DNA of 64,000 nucleotides from Octopus sinensis (taxonomy: Eukaryota). The number at the start of each line of letters is the position of its first letter. The first letter of the stretch is position 1. Both the position numbers and the translations under genes were made by a program. This document shows, piece after piece, positions 1-13,123 of the stretch. The notes under the pieces were generated by a model. That model was not told where the DNA came from, searched no databases, and saw only the letters and a list, made by a program, of their open reading frames with translations. The DNA is taken from assembly GCF_006345805.1 (NCBI RefSeq), contig NC_043000.1:100750001-100814000 (forward strand), read 5' to 3'.

Positions 1-139
1 TATATATATATATATATATATATATCTAGGCAAGGAAAAATTGTAAAAAGGCAGAATGCTAAATTGTAGGTAAATTTTAATGAAAATGGGTGTATGGAAA
101 ATTTTTAAAAATTAAAAAAATTTTTTTTTTTTTAAATAT

Positions 140-430
140 ATTAACTCTAACCGGTTTTCGTTGTAATGCGACTTTTCAGGAATTGTAAGGTGAAAAGAAA
201 TTTTTTTTATAATTGAGGAGGGGGAAAAAGAAAATGACATTGTTTTTTGCAAAAAAATAATAAACATATGCAAAAATTAAAAAATAGGTACACCGATACA
301 TTGTAAAGTCTTTGTGTATCTCGAGTTCAATGATAGTTCTTGGAAAAATTACCTTGGAGGATTAAGATTCATGTGATTAAATCCATGTGGTGTTTAATTT
401 AGGATGTTTGTTAAATGAATGTCAAAACAG
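140..430 (-). mobile_element. Penelope-like element 3' remnant (end of GIY-YIG domain plus terminal repeat)
   Basis: The minus strand encodes ...NKHPKLN, resembling the FIxKxxPxLN end of PLE endonucleases. Downstream is a decayed hammerhead-like motif cctgaaaa-gtcg-catta-caac-gaaaac at about 155-185. Confidence 0.45.
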
Positions 431-2104
431 GAAATGGGGTATATATATATGAATATGTATGTACATATGTGTATGTATATACGCCGTATAAAACTGTGGC
501 CCGGTCAGTAGTACTGACAGCGACCAGATAGCCAGGTAACGTCTGTGCGACGGAAATTATGAAATATTGCCACACGTCAAGGAATAAATAAGAAGTGAAT
601 TTAACAGTTTTTGTGTATTTTAGATGGTTAAAATGGCTCTTCTACAGTGTAACTGCTTCAATTTTAAATCCTATCCCAGATCAAGTCACTTGCCAGTCAA
701 GTACACATCTTTATGCAGTAGAAACACAGTGATCGATACTCAATATAGAGTGTAATACAATGTAACCTAATATACATGTGCGAATATCCCCGCATAAGCC
801 AAATGGATGCACAAACATTTATATTGAATAAATATTAATTTTATATTCATGAGTTTCATATAACTCTGTGCAATCGTCGGTGAGGGAAAATGGATATGGA
901 TTCTACAAATATTGTATTTTATGTTATATCTTTTATTCATTCTTTTTTAAGATTCAATAAAATAAGGAAAAAGCAGAGTTATTCTTGGTGGCACCCAAGA
1001 TATAGAAGTTTGTACGAGTGACTATAACACTGGCTACTGGCAAAAAAAAACACACATTTTTTGGATAGAAGAGATTATTGCATGACTGTAGTTGATTAAA
1101 TCAACCCTAACATCTGGCCGTGAAAGTATGAAAACCAAAATGTAAATAAATTTTAACATAGATATTAAAGGTACCTAACTTAGTAATTATAACAAGGGTT
1201 GTGATGTGCTGCATTGTAGTAAACCTTGACAGTTTATTGAAGAGGAAAATAAACAGCAACATTAGAGACATACGTTAATTGAAACTACATCAGATGACAA
1301 CCGTACTCTGGCTGGGGAGATAACATATTTGAGGTACCAGAATCTTGGTATTGACATAAGGAACAACAACGTAATGATGACGTAAGAACATTCATATTCT
1401 TAATGATACTTATAATCATAAACTCCGATGATGACGATGACGACAACAACGATGATAATAACGACGATGACCGTGATAAGAGCATTGTTTTGTGTCCTAT
1501 TTAAAAAGATAACCACCATATCATAACATATAAACCCGATATAGAAATATGCTTTTAGTCATAGATAAGTAGGCATACATGCATGAACACACACAGACAC
1601 ACACACACACAACGGATAAGAGTTGTGTGTGTAAGAGACGACAGCTGCCAATACAGGATAGTGGAGTTTAATGTTTGATAGTATAATACTATAAGTGTGT
1701 GTTAGCTTCTGTTGCTAGAATCTGTGTGCCGGCTTCGTGTAAGTTATGCCCCGTTAAATCTGGGTTGTTGTTTCTTAAGAAATTAAAGAAGTCTCTATCC
1801 GACGAAGCCTCTATCACACGGTATAATAAACAAAAAGTATTGTCCATAGTGTTCCTGCAGGTCGTTGTCCAACAACTGACACTAGAAAATGATATGATAA
1901 ACAGGTTCCTGGATAGTAAGTAGGTGTTCTTGGACAGTAAGTAGGTGTATCGTACATTCTCTCATTATTTTATTCATATTTGACATTTCTTCCAATTTCA
2001 CTACGCAACACGTTCGACAAGTGTTTTCTAGCATACCATCGAATGAACAATAGGCAGAAACCGTATGGAAAGCCGCATAGACGAACCGTTGTTCTTCATA
2101 GATA

Positions 2105-2325
2105 TATAAAGTTAATCCAAACATGAAAACACAAAGAGAAAACACAACAACGCGAGGACGTGGAACAAGTATAGTATTATTGGACGCTCAGGAAAGACGG
2201 AAAGAAGGAGGGTTTAACGTTTCGAGCGGAGATCTTCGTCAGAAACACAGGAAAAGGAAAGATCCAAAGAAGGGAAGACGGAGGAAAAAAATCGCCAACG
2301 GTACACACGCAGTCACATTTTGAAT
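2105..2325 (-). mobile_element. Short PLE terminal-repeat-like element, family H1, copy 1
   Basis: About 220 bp with near-identical copies at 33150-33372 and 62990-63190. All three end ...gattaact into (TA)n and contain a hammerhead-like motif. Confidence 0.8.
2212..2246 (-). ncRNA. Minimal type I hammerhead ribozyme motif with canonical CUGACGA core
   Basis: Minus strand reads GUUU-CUGACGA-A-GAUC-UCC-GCUC-GAAA-CGU-U-AAAC. Stem I is GUUU/AAAC, stem II has one mismatch, and stem III is the palindrome ACGU. Confidence 0.7.
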
Positions 2326-2540
2326 GAATATATATACATATATGTATATACACACACACACCCATACATATGTATATGAAATATAGATTAACCATGATTC
2401 CCTTAGAATCCTCATTCGCAATGTTCTGTGTGGCCACAATACAATATATAGTGACGGGACATGAACGGACGATACACACGAGGCGAATATCACATGTCGA
2501 GAAATTTGAGAAAGACATGGAAAACAACATCGCGGTTTAC

Positions 2541-2680
2541 CTTAGTCACCTGACCTGCGGGTAACTTTAACCGGAGCCAACTGAAATGCAAGTATTCGGG
2601 TCAGCTCCCCGTTTTTAAGGATCACTTCTTTTCTTCCTCTCCAGCCAATCTGGGAAGGCCTCGAAATGCGTCATAGCTAC
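2541..2680 (-). promoter_or_regulatory. Candidate Pol II promoter and short non-coding first exon, transcribed leftwards
   Basis: In non-repetitive sequence: half-CRE (tgcgtca, about 2668-2674), CCAAT box (2645-2649), Inr-like TTTCAGTT (2579-2586, minus strand) and a donor-like CTAAG|GTAAAC at 2541/2540. Based on motif spacing only. Confidence 0.3.
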
Positions 2681-3504
2681 TGCCCTTTCTACGCTGACTA
2701 AACCGTTAGGAGAGGGTGAAAAAAAAAGGAAAAAGAAAAGAGAAACGAAACACAGAAAGAAAGATGATCGATATAACACCGCAGTTCTTGTTATAAACCA
2801 ACATGGAAAACCATATCGGTTAATAGCGATTAATTTCTCTGTGAGTGAACTCGCTACTCTTCGGTTGACCTTCATCCATTTAGGGATAATTTACTGTCAC
2901 AAAAGATTAACCTCACCATTCTTTCTCCTTTCTTTCTCAGTCTTTCTTTTTATGTATTTATCTATTTATATCCTTTAACTTCGCATTTTTCACGTCTTTC
3001 TTTGTTCTTCGTTTGTGCAGGAGGAGATCAGTACGACTTCAACTTCTTCCTTTAGTGTCTTACATTCGTTCTTTCGCTCGTTTCTTTCTTTCTTTCCTTT
3101 TCTCTTTCCTTTTTTTTTTCTTTTAACATTTCATCTCCTCTTCCTTCTTTTCTTTTTACCTCTTTTTGTTCTCCTCCTCATCTTCCTCCTCCGCCTCCCC
3201 TTCTTTTTTCTTCTCTTCTCCCTCTTGGTGTTCTTAGTGTTGTTGACACTATTGGTTTTTGTCTTCATTAATATGTTTTGGGGTGGAGTCTTTTTTTTAT
3301 CATTTGTTTATGCCTTGATTATTTTTCTTCATTCTTTGTCATTGTTGTTGTTGTGGTTGATTCATTCTTGTTCGTCTTCGACTTCCTTTTTTCCATGTTC
3401 ACATTACCAACGTTAGCAACCATCACCATGATGATGATGACGACGACGATGGTGATGATGATAATGATGATGGTGAATGTATGTTTGTATGTAATGTATG
3501 CATT

Positions 3505-3911
<407 letters not shown>

Positions 3912-5708
3912 TATGTTTCTTTATTAGCCACACAGGGCTGCACACAGATAGAACAAATTACAAGGTAGAGCTTTTCTTTTGAAGGTTTAAAAAAAAAAAA
4001 AAAAAAAAAGGAAGGGGGAGTTTCGATCAAAAGGGATCGTAAAAGGAGAGAAAGAGGACAAAAAAAGGGGGGGTTAAAAAAAAAAAAAAAAAGGGGGAGA
4101 GGAAAAAAATTGATCAATAGGGATCGTTATCACAGAAATGTCAATATGAAGTGTAAAGGGGAGGACAGGTGAGGTTTACCCGTGGAAAGAAAAGCCTACG
4201 GAAAAGACCACGGTAACCTCGGTCAATGAAGTCACATTTTATATTTCTTTTTTTTTTTTTTTTTTTTTTGCAAATAAGCAACTCTCTGTTTTCGATTTCT
4301 GGGTTCATAGGACTATGCTCAAGGTGGCTTCGTCATTCATACGTGCCATTCTTGCTACATTCACCCATCTTTTTTAAAACATTCGCTAGACAAAACTTGC
4401 CTCTCTACTCTCACTTTCCTTTTCAAGTGGTACTTGAAGAAGTTGATGAGAGATTGACCAAGAGGAAAGTGTTTGTCTCCAATCCTTTCAGACGCGTCCA
4501 CCAGATACATTCTTTCGCCATAGCCACAAGGATGATGAAAATAGCTCTTCCTTCCCGTTTGAAGGAAGGAGGCGTGACAATATTGACGATAGACTCAGCT
4601 GATAAACCGACTCGTCCCACACGTGACAGCAGTTGTTCGACATAAGCCCACAGGTCGGAAATTGTTGGACACTGAACGAGTGCGTGCAGAACGGTTTCGT
4701 CGCTCTGACCGCATCTCGGGCAGGTCGGCCCCGTGTTTCTCGAGCCGTGTCTGTAGAGCTTATCCCGAACGGGTAGCGCTTCTCGGTAGCACTGCCAGGC
4801 CGGGATCTCTGGAAGTTGTCCATGGGCCCTGGCCCGAAAGTCGTCCCGAACAGGCGGGTCAGGTACTCCTCGTCGACGTCCAGGTTCGCCCCGAGCTCGT
4901 CGTCGTACCTCCCCTCCACTAACCCCTATAGAATGCTTTGGTTGTGTTGAAGTCACTAAGGTCGACCCAGGACGGCAGAGTTGCTTGAGAGCACGCGACA
5001 CTCGCGGTGCCATTCGCCCTTCCTCGGCCTCTTTTTGATCCACGACTGCAGTTCGGTCATGGAGACGAGCTGCGGGAAAGCGTGCCTCACAAACGGCGAC
5101 CACACCTGTTCACCGTCGTCTACATAGAGCCAGAGATGTCGCAGTCTCAGCGCGTGTCTGCGCATCATCAACCACGGCATGCCCAGCCCTCCTTTTACGG
5201 TGTTGACAGCAAATGGATCGCCTGACCATCGGGACGCATCCTTTCCACAAGAAGCGAAAGAGGATGCGTTGTAGTTTGGTGATGGTAGGGTCGGGACAAG
5301 GTACGACGGTCAGGCGGTAGTAGATGACGGACGCGATGTACGTGTTCGCCACCTCCGCTCGACCTTTTAGGGACAGTTTCCTCTCGGCCCATTGCCGGGC
5401 GAGAGTGACCACCCTACTCGTTATCTCGTTCCAGTTCTTCTCCACTTGGAGGTCCGGACCAAACCAGACCCCGAGCAACTCAACCGGGCCATCGGTCCAG
5501 CGTCCCACGACGGAGGCGCTGGTGGACGGCATGGGCTTGCTTCTCCAGGTGCCTAGTCGCAAGCCCACTGACTTTTCCCGGTTGATTTTCGCTCCTGTCA
5601 CCGCTTCGTAGTTTTTCAGTGTCTCGCCGACCAGCTCGATGTGCTCGTGGCTAGACACTATGACGGTGACGTCGTCCGCGTATGCAGACAGACGTCGTCC
5701 GCGTATGC

Positions 5709-5711
<3 letters not shown>
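3912..5711 (-). mobile_element. Tx1/L1-clade non-LTR retrotransposon, 5'-truncated at the RT YADD motif, with frameshifts
   Basis: Minus-strand ORFs give LSAYADDVTV...KINREKSVGL...LGVWFG...NWNEI...LSLKGRAEVANTYIAS...LQRILFRFLWKG and the C-terminal Cys motif CPRCGQSDETVLHALVQC. The 3' UTR ends ggctaataaagaaacata followed by (TATC)n. Confidence 0.9.
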
Positions 5712-5776
<65 letters not shown>

Positions 5777-5870
5777 GATAGATAGGTAGGTAGATAGGTG
5801 GGTAGGTAGGTAGGTAGGTAGGTAGGTAGGTAGGTAGGTAGGTAGTTAGATAGATAGATAGATAGATAGA
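5712..5870. repeat. (GATA)n/(GGTA)n compound microsatellite between the two Tx1 copies
   Basis: Directly visible. It shares the interruption gataggtaggtagataggtgggtag with the 3505-3911 tract. Confidence 0.95.
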
Positions 5871-6113
5871 TATGTTTCTTTATTAGCCACACAGGGCTGC
5901 ACACAGATAGAACAAATTACAAGGTAGAGCTTTTCTTTTGAAGGTTTAAAAAAAAAAAAAAGGAAGGGGGAGTTTCGATCAAAAGGGATCGTAAAAGGAG
6001 AGAAGAGGAGGACAAAAAAAAGGGGGGGTTAAAAAAAAAAGGGGGGGAGAGGAAAAAAAAATTGATCAATAGGGATCGTTATCACAGAAATGTCAATATG
6101 ATAACGTCAATAT

Positions 6114-6117
<4 letters not shown>
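5871..6117 (-). mobile_element. Second Tx1 copy, 3' UTR only, followed on the plus strand by (GATA)n 6118-6203
   Basis: 5871-6100 is near-identical to 3912-4149. Confidence 0.9.
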
Positions 6118-6203
<86 letters not shown>

Positions 6204-6521
6204 TGTTAGTATGTAGGGATGTAGTGAAAGATCTTTGTCGGTTTCGACAATAAGTTATTCGATGAGATCAATCTACCTGCCCAATGAATCAGCGTGCATG
6301 AGGCTGACCGTTCCATAGACACGTTTCTCTTTAACATAATTAATTCATTGGCAGTAACAATGTGAAAAGGCTATAGAGTGTTGGAACAAGGATGACACCC
6401 TGCTTGACACCATTCTCTACAGGAATGGGTCCCGCCATGCCACCATGCCACCATACCACAAATACATACATACATATATACATACATACATACATACATA
6501 CATACATACATACATACATAC

Positions 6522-7059
6522 ATAATGATTTACGATAGAAAAGAGAAATTGTGTACAGTTGTAGAAATCGGCTACCCAGCGGATGTTAGCATAAAGCTAA
6601 ATATCAGCTAAAAAGAAAAAGACCGCAGAATTATTGAGAAATCTGCAGTTACTCTATCCAGATTAGAAGTTCAGGTTTATACCTCTAATTATTGGGGCGC
6701 TGAGATATGTAACACACTGTTTAAATACCAATCGTCAGAAATTAGGCTTCTCAAAACCAGAAAGGAGAAAGCTGATTCAAAGACTACAGATCCAAGCCGT
6801 CAGTGGAACTGTAAAAATCTGTAAAACTTTCCAGAAGTTTATTATTTAAGAATATATGATTATGCCTAGACATGCAACTATATGTATGAGAATACGTATA
6901 TAAAACAAAACATACAAACCTGCACACATACTTACATTCATACATACAAAAATATACAGTTGATGTTTTTGAGATTCCAATGAAGGAGTCTTGGATCTAT
7001 GTTAAAAACCAGCTCTTTCTCTATTGACAAGAAATCTTGAAATAAAATTAAATAATGAC
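6522..7059 (+). mobile_element. R4-clade (restriction-like endonuclease) LINE 3' fragment, CATA family
   Basis: Encodes IMIYDRKEKLCTVVEIG...LGFSKPERRKLIQRLQIQAVSGTVKICKTFQKFII. The 3' UTR matches 23130-23400. It is flanked by (CATA)n on both sides. Confidence 0.8.
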
Positions 7060-7181
7060 ATACATACATACATACATACATACATACATACATACATACA
7101 TACACACATACACACATACATACATACTACATACATACATACATACATACATCATACATACATACATACATACATACATAC

Positions 7182-7370
7182 TATGTAGTAACAAGTTTAC
7201 ACGAAAACTTAGAAATGCCAGGTTTTTCGAAGAAAGAACAAAATAAATTGGCGCGGTTTCTCCAAATCCAATCTATTAGCGGTACAGTGAAGATTTGTAA
7301 GACATTCCGAAAATTCTCCATCCGAGATTCTTTAGATGAATAGATGCACACACTGCTCAACCAACACACC
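7182..7370 (+). mobile_element. R4-clade LINE extreme 3' fragment related to the CATA family
   Basis: Encodes GFSKKEQNKLARFLQIQSISGTVKICKTFRKF and directly follows (CATA)n 7060-7181. Confidence 0.7.
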
Positions 7371-7449
7371 AACTCAACCACACATTTTCAAACATCGGGA
7401 ACTCTTTTACCTTAAAATGTTTTGTCGCTTTTTAGTGACTGGCTCGAAC

Positions 7450-7900
7450 TCTCTCAAGAACTTAAATAAAACTCAAAGAAAAACTTGCATACGTACATGA
7501 TGATCGCTCCATTTTCATATATGATTGCCGTTTTTCTCCCTCTGATCTTTCTCGTTGTCCAAGGCATTCCTGATATTCTGTCTATGGTCTCTTAGATGAC
7601 TAACTCAGATGTGCATGGTTTAAAGTGTAACAAACCAAAGTTGTACATCCTCTAGATTGATTAGATCACTTTGTGGGATATGATTCCTGGGAACCACCAT
7701 GCATTCCTTCAGACCCTTTTACACACTACAAACGTAGAAGCACCCAATTTAAGAGAAACGACCTTGCATACAGTTGATATTCCATGGGACTACAGATGAT
7801 TGACATATCCAGCCTTGGAAAGGAGAACGTGGTCACACGTTTCACACTTCTATTTTTGGGGTTTTTTTTAGCCCATTGCGGTTCTGATGACAATCCCCTC
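7450..7900 (-). mobile_element. Degenerate CR1-like LINE fragment
   Basis: Broken peptides (FPRLDMS..., RISGMPW..., AIIY) resemble the post-RT region of CR1. Confidence 0.35.
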
Positions 7901-7990
7901 CGAATCCTGCGCTTTAGGCTTTCGTGCTGATGGTAGCCCTCTCCAGTTTTACAACCTTCCCTTACACACACACACACACACACACACACG

Positions 7991-8044
<54 letters not shown>

Positions 8045-8390
8045 TACACATACACACACACATACACACAAATATAAGCAAAAAAGATGAGAGAAATAAC
8101 TCAGAGTGTTCATGTCTCCTACTGTTTTTGTACAATCCTATGTCCCTTGGCTTCTGGGCATGAGTTTGAGTAGCTCTCGTGCTGTAGTAGGGTCGATTCA
8201 TACAATCAAAATTTCTCAAGAAAGTGCCCCAGCATGGCCGCAGTCTAATGATCGAAGCATGTAGAAGATAAAAGACAAAAAATACATATGTACACACTCA
8301 CACACACGCACACACAAATACATACCTACATACATACATACATACATACATATCTACCTACATACATACATACATACATACATACATACA

Positions 8391-8421
<31 letters not shown>

Positions 8422-8488
8422 GCTTCTATATACATCATATTACCCTTCTGCTTTGGTTTGAGCAACCAAGCTTAGTCATCATCATCAT

Positions 8489-8521
<33 letters not shown>

Positions 8522-8971
8522 TATCGCCATTCTCACGAACATCATCATCATCATCATCATATTACCAGTTCTGATATTGCCTTAGTGATTCATGATAATC
8601 ATTTTCACCGTCAATACTAACATCATCACGATTATCATCACGATCGTCATCATCACCATCGACCCTACCGTCACCATCTCAATGCTCATCTCCATTATAA
8701 CCATCAGTTTTACTGTAATCATCATCATCATCATCATCACCATCATCACCATCATCATCACCATGGTCATCATCGCTATCATCGTTATCCTCACCGCATT
8801 CATGCAGCACCATTTCCTTTTCATGCAACAACGTGCTTTGTATATCATTGTTCTAACTTCCTGATATTGGTGCGATATTCCTTATCTAAATGTTCCTTTT
8901 ACTCATATCACACGTGCAACACCATACTCTAGAAAAATCTCCTATCAGTCAGCATGTTCCAGTACGCATCC

Positions 8972-9004
<33 letters not shown>

Positions 9005-9034
9005 GATAGATATATAAAAGTAGTCATATATATA

Positions 9035-9083
<49 letters not shown>

Positions 9084-9196
9084 CATTAAATTGGTTAAGT
9101 TAACAGATTTCCTAGCTGTTTGCTCAACCAAAATATACAGTAGAGAAATACTACGTTCGCATTATACTAAGATACGTGAATAAACATGTGTATGTG

Positions 9197-9230
<34 letters not shown>

Positions 9231-9552
9231 ATATATCTATATATATATATATATATATATACAGACACATACATATATGTATTTATATATGTATATATGT
9301 GTAGGTGTATATATACACATAAACATACATAATTATATGCCTGTGTATGTATAGATACATGAATCGTTAGTGTATGTATATACGCATTTACGTATTTGCA
9401 TGTGTGCACGTATATACATATTCATAGATATGAAACTACATATATTAGCTTATATGCATATATGTATGCATTAGAAGTATATGGAAGTGCATGCACATAC
9501 ATGTGCATTACATAAATAAATCTGCATGCCTATACATACCTATACATATATA

Positions 9553-9596
<44 letters not shown>

Positions 9597-10472
9597 CATA
9601 TATATAAGCATATATATAAGCATATATATAAGCATATATATAAGCATATATATGTGTGTGTATTACTTCTATTTATTTTTGAACATCTTTAATTATTCGT
9701 GTGTGGGGGTATATATGTGTGTCTAAATATGTGTCCGGGTATGCGATTGTATTTGAATATATCTGAATGTGCATGTGTGTAAATATGTGCACAAATTTTA
9801 AATGTACATAAATAATATTCCCTTATTTCATTTCGTTTCATATTTATTCCCATAATTGTTTTATCTCACCAAAACTGTAACTTATATTTGCACATATGCA
9901 CGTATGCATATTTGTACAGTCTTTTCCTTCCTGTTGCATCTAGTTGACATGTGACATATATCTATTTGCAATTGCTAGAACTTCTCTTGCTATTCCTAAT
10001 TCATTCATAGCAACAGTTATTTTGACTGCCTCTTCCAACTTATAACGGGAAATTTTCGTTGCTGTTGCTTTCATTCTTGATGTTGTTGTTGATGTTGTTG
10101 TTGCTGTTGCTACTTCTCCTATAGTTGTTATTGATTTATTATACTTCCTACCAAGGATCGTGTTACGCGAGTTCAAATTCTCTCAATTCTGCATCTATCT
10201 TATCGATCCCAGGATGCCTACGATTGCAATGTGCCTCTTGCGGAAAATCAAAACACTGGATTAATAATCATCGTTATCCTTCTGAAGCCAGGCCTTCTTT
10301 TCTTATCTGGCAATGAATATCAAATGATTGCAATCTCTGATCTAAGGCTGAATAATAGAACAGCTTCACGTTGCTTTCTTTCTGATTAGTAAAGGTTGTT
10401 AAGTTCAATACTGTAAGCTGGAAATTTTTTTAGAAAATTAACTGTTCAATTATTTAAAGGAGAGAAAAAAAA

Positions 10473-10989
10473 GGCGCCGAGCTGGCAGAATCGTTAGCAC
10501 GCCGGGAGAAATACTTAGCGGTATTTCGCCTGCCGCTACGTTCTGAGTTCAAGTTCCGCCGAGGTCGAATTTGCCTTTCATCCTTTCGGGGTCGATAAAT
10601 TAAGTACCAGTTAAGCACTGGGGTCGATATAATCGACTTAAAACCTATGTCTGTCCATGTTTGTCTCCTCTATGTTTAGTCCCTTGTGGGTAATAAAGAA
10701 ATAGGTATTTCGCCTGCCGCTACGTTCTGAGTTCAAGTTCCGCCGAGGTCGACTTTGCCTTTCCTCCTTTCGGGGTCGATAAATTAAGTACCAGTTGCGC
10801 ACTGGGGTCTATGTAATCGACTTAATCCGTTTGTCTGTCCTTGTTTGTCTTCTCTGTGTTTAGCCCCTTCCGGGTAGTAAAGAAATAGGTATTTCGTTTG
10901 TCTTTACGTTCTGAGTTCAAATTCCGCCGAGGTTGACTTTGCCTTTCATCCTTTTGGGGTCGATAAATTAAGTACTAGTTGCGTACTGG
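10473..10989 (+). mobile_element. tRNA-derived SINE family A, tandem trimer (one head plus 184-bp headless units)
   Basis: Head ggcg..gagctggcagaa with B-box-like gttcaagttcc. Units are 10473-10703, 10704-10887 and 10888-10989 (partial). Confidence 0.9.
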
Positions 10990-11094
10990 ATGGAAATTTA
11001 AATCGAAACATCAAGGGAAGCAACTAAACACCACAATATTTCTTTGTCCTTTGTATTAAAAAGCACGACATAATCATTTCAAATGTTGTCACGA

Positions 11095-11290
11095 GGGCAG
11101 CAATTTAGGGTGGGGGGAGATGAGTCGATTATATTGACCCCAGTCTTCAACTGGTACTTATTTTATCGACCTCGAAAGGTTAAAAGATAAACTGGACCTC
11201 GGCGGAATTTGAACTCAGAACGGAGCGACAGGTGAAATACCGCCAAGCATTTCGTCCAGCGTGCTAACGACTCTGCCAGCTGGCCGCCTT
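11095..11290 (-). mobile_element. SINE family A
   Basis: Reverse complement of the family A head and body. Confidence 0.85.
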
Positions 11291-12059
11291 GGAAAAGAAA
11301 AAAAAACAATGACATAATGAAATATATATAGAGAGAATTCGAGAGGAGAGTAAATGGGATGGTACAGGCAGGAGTGGTTTACACAGATGTATACAGAGAA
11401 ACAGACAGCGAGTGGTATAAAGTGGTTTTCAGTCGTAATGGAAGAGTCAGAGAGACAGCTAGGGGAGTAAAATGGTTTGTATGGGTGATGAGGGAGATAG
11501 AGAAAAAAAGATGGAGTAAGTTCCACTTGTGACGACACACACCACGAAATATAAGATGCTCTAGGGTTTGAGCAGTTACTCGACCTGTCAAAAATAGGAG
11601 CGCAACATAATCTCTCTCTAATCCAGTCTTATTGTCTTAAGCAAAAGAAACCCGAAGGCTACATTGTGTAATAGAGGCCTAGATGCAATGTTCGAAAACG
11701 AAAGATGGGATAGTCTTGTTTTTGAGCATCGATCTGATTTATCAGATCTGTTCTGCAGCTAATAGCAACATCATAACAACAACAGCAGCAGTAACAACAA
11801 CAACAACAAAAGCAGTTGCTATAAGGACTATCATAGATACGCTATCTGAAAAGGATAAAAAAAAGCAAACAAATAGGATTGCTTATGTCTAGTATACTTT
11901 TGATCATCACAAATCTGCTTCATCATCGCTGACATGGGCGGAAAGCACAGCACAAAACACCTCAATATTAGACGAGAGAAACTTTTGATACAAACACGTC
12001 TGAGATCGCTTCAGATCTTAGGAGACAAAACTTCTTAATGGGTTCTTTTTCTTTTCATT

Positions 12060-12478
12060 GCATCTTTTACTTGTTTCAATCAATCGCTACACTGGGGCAC
12101 TGCATTGAAGAATTTTTAGTCAATAAATCGACCCAAGTACTTGTTTTTCTTAAGTCTCATACTTATTCTATGGGTCTCTCTTTAGCCGAACCGCTAATTT
12201 ATGAGGACGTAAACAAACCAACACTGGTTGTCAAGCGGTGCTGATGGCGGGGAACGAACACAGGCACAAAGACACACACACACATATATATATATATATA
12301 CATATATATATACGACAGGCTTCTTTCAGTTTCTGTCTGCCAAATCCACTCACAAAGGTTAGTCGGTTCGAAGCTATAGGAGAAAACACTTGACCAAGGG
12401 GCTGTACACTGGGACTGTACCCGTAACCACGTGGTTGGGAAGCATGCTTCTTACCATACAGCCACGCCTGTGTCTATA
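12060..12478 (-). mobile_element. tRNA-derived SINE family B with internal (TA)/(CA) microsatellite
   Basis: Matches the copies at 15377, 19523, 30520 and 56290. Confidence 0.8.
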
Positions 12479-12579
12479 GCCACGCCTTCGGTTATTCATT
12501 ATCTATTACAAATAAAAGCTTCCATATTAAATTAGGTTCGAAATTCCAGATTAATAATTGTTTTCTACTCTAGGTACAA

Positions 12580-12775
12580 GGCTCAAAATTTTGAGCAAGA
12601 GGGCCAGTCGATTAGAACGACCCCTGTACGCAACTGGTACTTAATTTATCGACTTCGAAAGGATGAAAGGCAAAGTCGACCACGGCGGAATTTGAACTCA
12701 AAACGTAAAGACAGACAAAATACTGCTAAGCATTTCGTCCGGCGTGCTTAACGTTTCTGCCAGCTCGCCGCCTTA
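12580..12775 (-). mobile_element. SINE family A
   Basis: Reverse complement of the family A sequence. Confidence 0.85.
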
Positions 12776-13123
12776 TTCCAGATTAATAATTATGTCTAAT
12801 TTAAGAACATGGTCATCAATGCCATGAATAGCATGTATTACGTGCATAATCAACCGAACGGGCTTTCACATCGTCTACGTCTACCGAGTTCCACTCACAA
12901 GGCTTGGGTCGACCAGAAATGATGATAAAAGACACTTGCTCAAGACAGGATCGAACCCGGGACCCTGTGACTGCGAAGTGAATTTCCTAACCATTCAACC
13001 ATACTGAATGCATGTATTGCAATCCTCTCCTTTCATGGTTCTTAATACACCCTCCTCTGACTCGAAGATTTCATGGATACCCAGGTGGATCGTTGGTCGA
13101 GAGAGATCTTAAGACTCAGACAT

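Noticed and set aside
10473-10989. CRISPR-like or satellite array
   Set aside because: These are tandem SINE units without unique spacers, in a eukaryotic context.
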